Notes under the pieces: model-generated
What the model was told of the DNA's origin: nothing
The model's database searches: none
The model's input: only the letters and a program-made list of their open reading frames with translations
DNA from: an uncultured Acidimicrobiia bacterium
Lineage (GTDB): Bacteria; Acidobacteriota; Terriglobia; Versatilivoradales; Versatilivoraceae
Length of the DNA stretch: 64,000 nucleotides
Direction of reading: 5' to 3'
Assembly (NCBI GenBank): GCA_963786955.1
Contig: CAWBAT010000005.1
Location: 1,280,001 to 1,344,000 of the forward strand
Part shown: one piece after another, positions 49,169 to 57,182 of the stretch
Layout: every line of letters starts with the position of its first letter
Numbering within the stretch: the first letter of the stretch is position 1
Translations under genes and position numbers: made by a program

Positions 49169-49996
49169 TTATTTCTCCCCATAAATCGACCCCTCAGCTT
49201 TCGGCTGGGCGCTCACTCCTCCGCGTACCTTATTCAGCAAGTCGCTGGCCGCACTCTTCATCATGCCCAGCTCCGTGTTGGCTTGAAAAAACCGGAACCC
49301 CTCTGAGACTAATTGTTTGATTTCTTCAGGGTTCCCGCTTGGATAACCGACAGGGACACCATATTTCTTACCGGCAGCCAACACCTTCGAGACGGCTTCC
49401 TTTACTAGAGGATGATGGCGCTGACCGCCAACGCCTAATGAGTAAGACAAATCGCTTGCTCCGATGAAGAGCACATCGATACCCGGGACGGAGGCAATCT
49501 GTTCAATATTCTCCACAGCTTGCTTTTGTTCGATGATCGTGATTACCAGAACATTCTCATTGGCAAATTGCGTATACTCCTGCCCCACATAGTCCCAACG
49601 AGGGATCGCTAAACTGGGCCCAAATCCTCGGATCCCCAAGGGCGGATATTTGCAGGATTGGACGGCCTGTTCTGCCAGCTCCCGTGTGCTTGTAAAAGGG
49701 AAGCAGACGCCGAGGCTTCCGATATCCAGAACACGCTTTGCCATCCAAGGCTCATTTACCGGGACCCGTGTCATCGGAACGGCCTGCATCCCACGGGTTG
49801 CCAGGATCATGGAGCGCACCGTTTCAAGAGTTACTGGACTGTGTTCCATCTCGATCCATAGAAAATCAAACCCGCTGCTTGCCAATGTGGCGGCGACATC
49901 CGGGCTAGCTATCGTAATCGTGGCGCCGATCACCGGTTTGCCCTGCTTGAGTGCCAACTTCATAGGGTTTTGGAAAATCATGTTTGCATCAGTCAT
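49169..49996 (-). CDS. HpcH/HpaI family aldolase
   Basis: GFDFLWIEMEH, KRVLDIG, KYPPLGIRG, GIDVLFIG..DLS. Confidence 0.88.
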   Translation of the reverse strand: MTDANMIFQNPMKLALKQGKPVIGATITIASPDVAATLASSGFDFLWIEMEHSPVTLETVRSMILATRGMQAVPMTRVPVNEPWMAKRVLDIGSLGVCFPFTSTRELAEQAVQSCKYPPLGIRGFGPSLAIPRWDYVGQEYTQFANENVLVITIIEQKQAVENIEQIASVPGIDVLFIGASDLSYSLGVGGQRHHPLVKEAVSKVLAAGKKYGVPVGYPSGNPEEIKQLVSEGFRFFQANTELGMMKSAASDLLNKVRGGVSAQPKAEGSIYGEK

Positions 49997-50195
49997 TGTC
50001 TTTGTCAGTAACCTTTCAATATTGAGGTGATCTGGAACAAATGAATTTGATAAGATTCTCTCAGCTTTCGACTATCTTAACAGAGGCCCCTTCTTAGCTC
50101 ACCTCTAATCTTTTTTTCGTTTGGGACATCCGAGGGAATGCTTTCCATCATTCGTATTGGAATGTGGATTATCGCGGCTCCTGAGTGAACTTTCG

Positions 50196-51227
50196 TCATT
50201 GCGTTCGAATGTTATAGACGTAGGTAAGCTGCACAGTAATGAGTTCCCCTTTGAAAGCAGCTGGGAAACCTGGGAATGGCTCGGAGAGTTTCACCGAAGA
50301 AATCGCCGCCCGATCATAAGGAGAAAGGCCGGAACTCCTCAGCACCTCGAGGTTATCAATTCGACCGTTGTTGCGAACATCGAAAATAAGAACCACCCTG
50401 CCTTTAGTCCGAGTCCGGATCAATTCAGGAATGACCGAAAACCAATTGTCTCGAACTCGGTAATAGATCAGATGCAGCCAGGGAGAGAAATCAACACCCT
50501 GAGTATCGCTAACGATCGCTGGTTGTTCAACTGAAAAGTCCGGGTTGCGATGATCAAAGTTATGGGTGGAAATACCTCCTGCCCCACCCTGGCCGTAATT
50601 CCCGCTCTGCCGAGCCTTTTCTATGGCGCTTTGAATTGAAAAACCTGGAGATTCCAGGCTCTCATTGATTTCACGCAGACTCCGTGGAGTGGGTCTTGCA
50701 GACGCACCAGAAGGCTGAGTTGATTGTAACGCTGAGTCCTGCTTCACCTCAGTTTCGTCGGACCGGCTTGACGGTTGTCCTCCGGTAACATTCGGGGTCA
50801 ACGGAGAGGGCGACACCGCAGGGGGTGTCGGCTCAAATTTCGAAAGGCCTGGAGAAGGTGATCGTTCCGGTCCCGGGGTATTTTTCTCAGGATAAGGAGC
50901 GTGCAGCTTTTTGACTTCTAACCCTGGTGACTTAGCCTTAATGGTGTGGTCTTGATCAGGGAGGGGAGGGGTCTTTGATTTTTGCACATATTTCTGGTAA
51001 TCCTGGCTCAAAGCCAGCAGCCCAAGAGGTTTTGAGTCTTCCAGGCCGGCGGGAGTACTCCGAACCAAGCGCTTCTCATCGGTGCGGGTCAGAATTTTGG
51101 GACTCACCAGGATGAAAATAATGAGGAGCAAATGCAGAACCAAAGAAGCCAGATAAGCTTCTCGCCTTCTGTGGGAGGCTTTATCATCTTCAAAGCGGAA
51201 GGTTAATAACTGAAGATCATCACTCAT
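50196..51227 (-). CDS. TonB/TolA-like energy transducer protein
   Basis: N-terminal TM S..LH, Pro-rich linker, C-terminal SSG...DRAA..V....PFP.FP. Confidence 0.82.
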   Translation of the reverse strand: MSDDLQLLTFRFEDDKASHRRREAYLASLVLHLLLIIFILVSPKILTRTDEKRLVRSTPAGLEDSKPLGLLALSQDYQKYVQKSKTPPLPDQDHTIKAKSPGLEVKKLHAPYPEKNTPGPERSPSPGLSKFEPTPPAVSPSPLTPNVTGGQPSSRSDETEVKQDSALQSTQPSGASARPTPRSLREINESLESPGFSIQSAIEKARQSGNYGQGGAGGISTHNFDHRNPDFSVEQPAIVSDTQGVDFSPWLHLIYYRVRDNWFSVIPELIRTRTKGRVVLIFDVRNNGRIDNLEVLRSSGLSPYDRAAISSVKLSEPFPGFPAAFKGELITVQLTYVYNIRTQ

Positions 51228-51268
51228 GAGGCTGGGCCACTGACATGGTAGGGGAAAAGCATTATTCA

Positions 51269-51480
51269 GGAGGGAAGGGAATTACCTTGGTGTCCCTTAG
51301 TGAACGCCAATCCTAATTTCGGTGATTTCTTCCCACCCTCTGGGGAATCATGTCGAGAGACTCATGGGGTTTGGCTTCCATCCTCCCAACCGCTCCGTAG
51401 AGGAGAAGGGGCGAAATCCGAGTTTCGTTTGCAGGCATCCAGCCAACTTGAACAGATGGCTCTGGTTATTCCTTCCTCCC
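51269..51480. ncRNA. Structured ncRNA candidate (~210 nt rod-like, possibly 6S RNA)
   Basis: Complementary ends ggagggaagggaattacc / ggttattccttcctcc and nested inner stems. Confidence 0.4.
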
Positions 51481-52443
51481 GACCGAAAGAGGCCAAGGCA
51501 AATGCTGCGAATGTTCACGGATCTTGTGTACAACCCAATGAGCCAACTGCAAAGCTTCTCGACTGCTTTCCGGTGACACTTCTGGGCGACTTCTAGATCG
51601 AACAGACCTCAGGAAGGATTCGATTTCTGCCCGAAGTGGTTCTACTCTGTGGGTCTCCACTCGTCTCGGAGTGATGATGGGTACACGGTCGCCCTCCCCG
51701 GGTTGCACAGCGAGAACGACAACATCCTGACGGGAGTAATCCACCGAGATGTATTCATTGGGCTGGAAAAATCTCATTTTCCGCACTTTTTCTGTGCTGA
51801 CCCGGCTGGCCGTCAAATTGGCCACGCATCCGTTTTCAAATTCGATTCTGGCGTTGGCGATATCAATTTTGTTGCTCAAGATCGGGAGCCCGACAGCGCT
51901 CACCGTCTTGACCGGTGATTTCACGAAATCTAGAACGATATCGAGATCATGGATCATGAGATCCAAGACAACATCGATATCTAGACTGCGGGAAGTGAAG
52001 ATTCCCAGGCGATGAATTTCAAAAAACATCGGTTGATGAGCGATTCTTCGAGCAGCGCAAATGGCCGGGTTAAATCTTTCGAGATGCCCGACCTGCAAGA
52101 CCCGCTCATGCTTTGTGGCTGTGTCGATCATGATTTCCGCTTCAGCCACTGAAGACGCCATCGGTTTTTCGACCAGCACATCAATCCCACGGCTTAGCAA
52201 CTGGCAGCAAACAGCGGCGTGATCTGTTGTCGGAACAGCTAGACTGACTGCGTTTGCTTTGTCTAGGAGCGGGGAGAAATCAGGATAAGCATGGGTGTTA
52301 AATTCATTGGCAACGGACTCTGCTGTAGCAAGATTCTTATCCACGACTCCCAGCAGTTCCACCGATTCGTTTTCGGAATAAATCCGCACATGCTGTCGCC
52401 CGAGATATCCTACGCCAATAACGGCAACCTTTATCTTGTCCAT
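51466..52443 (-). CDS. Gfo/Idh/MocA family oxidoreductase (lpx-cluster associated, GnnA-like)
   Basis: IGVGYLG, LVEKPM, VGHLERFNP, DVVLDLMIHDLD. Confidence 0.88.
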   Translation of the reverse strand: MDKIKVAVIGVGYLGRQHVRIYSENESVELLGVVDKNLATAESVANEFNTHAYPDFSPLLDKANAVSLAVPTTDHAAVCCQLLSRGIDVLVEKPMASSVAEAEIMIDTATKHERVLQVGHLERFNPAICAARRIAHQPMFFEIHRLGIFTSRSLDIDVVLDLMIHDLDIVLDFVKSPVKTVSAVGLPILSNKIDIANARIEFENGCVANLTASRVSTEKVRKMRFFQPNEYISVDYSRQDVVVLAVQPGEGDRVPIITPRRVETHRVEPLRAEIESFLRSVRSRSRPEVSPESSREALQLAHWVVHKIREHSQHLPWPLSVGRKE

Positions 52444-52548
52444 AGGTTTTTGACTCGCGGCCGAAAATCAGTGCCAAAGCATGAGACCCCGTTGCTTAAC
52501 GATCAACACTAGCTACAATACCGAAACCAGGAATCAATGCCTTTGTGG

Positions 52549-53397
52549 CTATTCAAGTTTGTTCTCCACCTGCGTCTCCATTTCAGTCTCCGGTCTATAG
52601 GCAGATATGCTAATTCCATGCTCATTGGCGAAGTGGAGAAGTTTTTCCTGGTCGAGAACTAACGTCTTGTAGGCATCGATCGCAAGGGCTGAGGCATTCA
52701 CCGTGGCCATCAATTCAACAGTCGGTAAACCGATCACTGGCACGTCAAAACGCATATCTTGTTTGGGCTTGCTGACCTTGACCACCGTGATTCGTTGATT
52801 CCCAGTCACTTCGGCAGCGCGCCGGATCACGGCATCCGTTCCTTCCATTGCTTCCACAGCTACACAAGCTTGCTCTCGCACGACGACAGATTGGCCAATA
52901 TCTAATCGAGCAATTTCTCTGGCGATCCGCCGTCCATATTGAATATCCTTACTCTCTTCTTCATTGGGTGAGCGAAACGTCAGTACCCCCGGCTGAGGCA
53001 AAAGCGGCCCGAGAAAGGTCGTAGAGTCGATCAGGGTAATGCCTTCCTCTTCCAAAATCCTGGCAACCGCACCGATCAGCGCATCCGTATTTCTCGACTT
53101 CAGGCTTGCCAGGAGTTTCAACATCTTCAGATCAGGCAGGATGGTACTGAAGATCTGTGAGTGTTTCACCTGGCCTGCCATGATGGCTTGTGTAACCCCC
53201 TCTTGCTGGAAGATTTTAATGAGTTTTCCCAATTGTCCGAGGCTGATCCAATGGACCGTAGTTGCACAGGCTTCAATTTCCTTGAATGTCTCTTCCAAGA
53301 TGGCTACAACAACCATCTCTATTCCACGACTTCGGGCTGCTTCCAGGATTAGGAAAGGAAACTTTCCATTTCCAGCGATTAAACCATAACGAGTCAT
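52549..53397 (-). CDS. lpxI: UDP-2,3-diacylglucosamine pyrophosphatase LpxI
   Basis: GLIAGNGKFP, DIGQSVVV, AVEAMEGTD, QDMRFDVPVIG. Confidence 0.9.
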   Translation of the reverse strand: MTRYGLIAGNGKFPFLILEAARSRGIEMVVVAILEETFKEIEACATTVHWISLGQLGKLIKIFQQEGVTQAIMAGQVKHSQIFSTILPDLKMLKLLASLKSRNTDALIGAVARILEEEGITLIDSTTFLGPLLPQPGVLTFRSPNEEESKDIQYGRRIAREIARLDIGQSVVVREQACVAVEAMEGTDAVIRRAAEVTGNQRITVVKVSKPKQDMRFDVPVIGLPTVELMATVNASALAIDAYKTLVLDQEKLLHFANEHGISISAYRPETEMETQVENKLE

Positions 53398-53492
53398 CGA
53401 TTTAATTTACCATTTTCGCAGCCAGGCGTTTGAGCGTCATAAAAGGCGTTTTTGTCAATCTGCCAACTACTGAAGAAAGGTCAGACGGTTAT

Positions 53493-54269
53493 TTACTTAA
53501 TGATGCCCCTCTCGCTTTGCTCGATAAAATCTACCAGCGGCTGAATGTCCAAGTGATTCGGAAATCTCTCTTTCAGGACGCTCAGAGCCTGAGAAGTATT
53601 TAATTTGGACTGCAAAATAATGCGAAACGCTGCCCGGAGGTCATGGAGAGATTTCTGTGAAAATCCTCTACGTTCCAGCCCAATGGTGTTTATCCCGTAA
53701 TTTCCTGTGTCCCTCGCGCTAACAGTCTTGGAGTAAGGAAGAACATCCTTGGTTATTACGGAATATCCTCCCACAAACCCATGGACCCCCACTCTACAAA
53801 ATTGATGGACACCAGAAAAGGCTCCGATTGTTGCGTAATCGGAAATGGTCACATGGCCAGCCAGCGTAGCCGCATTGGCCAAGATGACATGGTCGCCTAC
53901 AATACAGTCGTGAGCGATATGGGCATAGGCCATAACCAGAGTGTGATTGCCAATAACCGTGCGGCCTCCCCCGGCCGGAGTTCCGCGATGAACGGTGACG
54001 TACTCACGGAAGATATTGGAGTCGCCGACGATAAGCTCGGTCAATTCCCCTTTGTATTTTAGGTCTTGAGGAGGCAAGCCGATGGATCCAAAAGGAAAGA
54101 AATGACAACTCCTTCCAACTCGGGTCGGCCCTTGGATGACCACATGCGAGTCCAAAATACAACCATCCCCAAGAACTACCGAGTCGCCGATCACTGAATA
54201 TGGCCCGACGACGACGTCGGCTCCCAAAAGTGCCGAAGGACTGATAACGGCGGTTGGGTGAATCTGCAT
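53493..54269 (-). CDS. lpxA: UDP-N-acetylglucosamine acyltransferase
   Basis: IHPTA, hexapeptide repeats, PQDLKY, HIAHDC, LAGHV, VHQF. Confidence 0.95.
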   Translation of the reverse strand: MQIHPTAVISPSALLGADVVVGPYSVIGDSVVLGDGCILDSHVVIQGPTRVGRSCHFFPFGSIGLPPQDLKYKGELTELIVGDSNIFREYVTVHRGTPAGGGRTVIGNHTLVMAYAHIAHDCIVGDHVILANAATLAGHVTISDYATIGAFSGVHQFCRVGVHGFVGGYSVITKDVLPYSKTVSARDTGNYGINTIGLERRGFSQKSLHDLRAAFRIILQSKLNTSQALSVLKERFPNHLDIQPLVDFIEQSERGIIK

Positions 54270-54710
54270 TTACGCGCTCCGATCCACAATGGTAGAGAAG
54301 ATTTCTGCTTCGGCCACCAATTTCTCTTTCACGTATGCCTCCGCCTTCAATTTACCATGGCGGGGTCGCATTTTGATGACCTCTACCACGATCCGGATTT
54401 GGTCCCCGGGGACTACCGGTTGGCGAAATCTTGCCCTGTCAATTCCGCTAAAGTACACGAGCTTATTTTCCCGATCTGCAATTTCCTTTAGTACCATCAC
54501 CGCCGCGACTTGGGCCATGGCTTCCACAATGAGAACACCAGGCATGACTGGGGCTCCCGGGAAATGGCCCTGAAAGAAGGGTTCATTGATACTGACATTC
54601 TTAATCCCGACGATTTTACGCGCCGGATCTAGTTCCAGGATAGAATCTACCAGAAGAAACGGGTAGCGATGGGGGATAATTCGCTGTATTTCATTCACAT
54701 CCATTAGCAT
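54270..54710 (-). CDS. fabZ: 3-hydroxyacyl-ACP dehydratase
   Basis: PHRYPFLLVD, FFQGHFP..PVMPGVLIVEAMAQ. Confidence 0.96.
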   Translation of the reverse strand: MLMDVNEIQRIIPHRYPFLLVDSILELDPARKIVGIKNVSINEPFFQGHFPGAPVMPGVLIVEAMAQVAAVMVLKEIADRENKLVYFSGIDRARFRQPVVPGDQIRIVVEVIKMRPRHGKLKAEAYVKEKLVAEAEIFSTIVDRSA

Positions 54711-54724
54711 AAGGTCATCCTTAA

Positions 54725-54771
54725 AGTGAAAAGGGAAGGTTGGCTCCAGATCGAAAAAGCAACCTTCCCTT
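54725..54771 (-). terminator. Hairpin (terminator-like) between skp and fabZ
   Basis: 12-bp inverted repeat aagggaaggttg / caaccttccctt, T-rich tail on - strand. Confidence 0.5.
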
Positions 54772-54803
54772 GTTGATCAAAGAATACAGGAATCCGGGCT
54801 ACT

Positions 54804-55478
54804 CTAATTCTTCTGGGGAGGTGTGACTGGGGCCTTCCCGGCAGTGCCTGGCATTTTATTGGGTTGGGCTGTGGTCGCGCTCTTCTGGCTCTGGGCAGCG
54901 GGCTGCTTTGGAGTCGCCGGGGCGGCGCCTTTTTGGGAGACCTGCAAGCCATCGTAGCGTTTAATGATACTATCAGTGACGTCAAGGGCCGGATCGACGT
55001 AAAAGAGTTGACCGGTTTGGCTGGAATAATCCAGGAGCAAAGTAAAGTTCTTCTCTTTGGCATATTGATGCACGATAGGTGTCATCTTGGTTCCGATCCG
55101 ACTGAAGATTTCATTTCGTAGATTCGTAAATTCTTTTTCAGCATCATCCTGAGAACGCTGGAAGGCCGTTGTCTTTTGGTCGATAGTTCGAGCTAGAGCA
55201 GCTCTTGCCTCCTCTGACATTGTGGTTCCCTGGGTAGTGAGCTGCTGTTGCAGATCCTGCAATTCTTTCTGCATTTTCGCCAATTCGTCCCGTTTTGCAT
55301 CATATTTCTTTTGAAAATCAGCATTGGCCTTCTGGCCTTCGGCACACTCGGCAATGGCCCGCAATACATTGATGATGGCTATCTTCTGGTCTACGGCTTG
55401 AGCGGGCAATGGCCTGGGCACGGCAAGAAGTGAAACCAGCAGGAAAGACGAAATTAATCTCATCATGTTGTTAGACAC
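54804..55478 (-). CDS. skp: OmpH/Skp periplasmic chaperone
   Basis: Signal peptide, KIAIIN, coiled coil, YAKEKNFTLLLD, DVTDSIIKRYD. Confidence 0.88.
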   Translation of the reverse strand: MSNNMMRLISSFLLVSLLAVPRPLPAQAVDQKIAIINVLRAIAECAEGQKANADFQKKYDAKRDELAKMQKELQDLQQQLTTQGTTMSEEARAALARTIDQKTTAFQRSQDDAEKEFTNLRNEIFSRIGTKMTPIVHQYAKEKNFTLLLDYSSQTGQLFYVDPALDVTDSIIKRYDGLQVSQKGAAPATPKQPAAQSQKSATTAQPNKMPGTAGKAPVTPPQKN

Positions 55479-55484
55479 TCCTTT

Positions 55485-57161
55485 CTACTGAAGGCCGACG
55501 GCCTCCAGAAACCCTCCTGTATTACTTGTGCTTTCCACAAGAGAGACAACCACTAACTGCTGCAGATTTGGAGATGTAATCGCCAGTGGGCCAAACTTCC
55601 CAGTCAGGCCCATATCGGCCAGGATGTTGTTGCTCAGGTAAAAGCCGCCCACGGGCACAAAAATATCAGTCTTGGTAGCCAGCACTTCACCGGTAACAGG
55701 ATCATATGCCGTCAGAGAAGTGGCCCCAATCGCGTTCCCCAAGTTGAGGATGCACAATTTCGAGCTGAAACTACCCACGTTCGTTGCTGCATCCAATACA
55801 AGGCTCGTATAACCCGCTGAACGGCCTACTTGTATGGCGGGATCATTGGTTACATTATTGATTACCGAGATGAAACTTGAGAAAGGCTGATCAGAGGTTA
55901 CTCGCACAGATCCAATAGTATTGGTGGCTTGGGAAGATCCGAGAATATATCGGTTGACGTTGTTAACCTGCAGAAAACCGTGGGCAGCAACCTTGGCCGT
56001 ACTTTTTCCCAAAGACTTTCCATCTTTGTCAAATAGCTCAAGCTGGAAATTTCCTCCTACTGTACTGATGTTGGTTATCCCCACATTCGACCTGTAAGTA
56101 TTGTCGTCTATAGCCAAAGGCAAATAGTTAATAAACCCCAAACTATTAACGTATAGGATGTCATTCGTCGGGCTTACAACCAATGCGGTATTATTGGAAC
56201 CATTGACAGCCACGCCATTGGGAGTATCCCCCACATTCGTGTTAATGACAGTCGGAATGACCGTATTGTCAGCTAGATTGATCAAAGGCATTGAGCTGGT
56301 GTCACTGGATGTGACCGCGCCGACATTGGTATTCGGGTCGACGCTAACACCAGAAGGGGGTACCCCCAAGTTGATGGATGCCGTCACAGGGCTTCCCGTA
56401 ACCGGCAAAAGTTGTGTCAGGTCAATCACCGAAACACTTCTCGATCCTGAATTTACCACATAGGCCTTGTTCGTTGCTAAGTTCAGCGAAATATCTACCG
56501 GGTTGATTCCCACGGCGAAGGCTCGAATCAAGACCCGATTCGGAATGTTGATCACGGTGACATCATTGCTATTGTAGTTTACAACCAGGGCGACATTTTG
56601 GGCAGGATAGTAGGCCACACTTATCGGGCTGGTTCCTGCTCGAAGTTGGTCCGGCAAAATTGAGGTGTTCGTGTTCAAATCAATGATGGAGATTCCCCCG
56701 CCATTCAGGTTAGCCACAATTGCTAAATTGTCGGCTGTGTCGATGGCCACTGCCCGCGGACTATAGTGAAAGTTCGGGTCCGTCGTGCTTTTGGCGCCAA
56801 CCAATACCGTGGCCACGACGGACTGTGACCCCAGATCGATGATCGAAACCGTATCGTCTCCGAAATTCGTGACGACCGCGCGGTTGGTTACGGGATTAAT
56901 CGCGACACTCGTCGGTGCGAGTCCGACAGCTATGGTCGTCTTCACAGTACCTGTGCTTAGGTCGACAATCGATACCGAATTCGAATTTCGATTGGCGGTC
57001 ACCGCAATACTGGTTTCAGGAATCACGGCGACATCAAAGGGACCGCTGCCTGACGGCAATGGGATCTGTTGTGCCGGCAACTTGACCACACCCAACAATA
57101 TGAAAGCTGCCAAAAACCAAAACCTACGTTTCATCCATCCGTCCATTCGTAATGAGTCCAT
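55485..57161 (-). CDS. Secreted YVTN/YncE-type beta-propeller + one ~215-aa C-terminal module homologous to P4
   Basis: Repeats like VG..P..VA.NP.TN.A.V.N..S.SVS.ID; C-terminal RSNVGITN..NDP..NVGSFSS..FGP..GGFLE. Confidence 0.75.
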   Translation of the reverse strand: MDSLRMDGWMKRRFWFLAAFILLGVVKLPAQQIPLPSGSGPFDVAVIPETSIAVTANRNSNSVSIVDLSTGTVKTTIAVGLAPTSVAINPVTNRAVVTNFGDDTVSIIDLGSQSVVATVLVGAKSTTDPNFHYSPRAVAIDTADNLAIVANLNGGGISIIDLNTNTSILPDQLRAGTSPISVAYYPAQNVALVVNYNSNDVTVINIPNRVLIRAFAVGINPVDISLNLATNKAYVVNSGSRSVSVIDLTQLLPVTGSPVTASINLGVPPSGVSVDPNTNVGAVTSSDTSSMPLINLADNTVIPTVINTNVGDTPNGVAVNGSNNTALVVSPTNDILYVNSLGFINYLPLAIDDNTYRSNVGITNISTVGGNFQLELFDKDGKSLGKSTAKVAAHGFLQVNNVNRYILGSSQATNTIGSVRVTSDQPFSSFISVINNVTNDPAIQVGRSAGYTSLVLDAATNVGSFSSKLCILNLGNAIGATSLTAYDPVTGEVLATKTDIFVPVGGFYLSNNILADMGLTGKFGPLAITSPNLQQLVVVSLVESTSNTGGFLEAVGLQ

Positions 57162-57182
57162 GTCTCTGATTCCGCCTGTCCT

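Noticed and set aside
51236-51470. Cobalamin riboswitch upstream of the TonB-like gene
   Set aside because: Conserved B12-box and core motifs were not found on the - strand.
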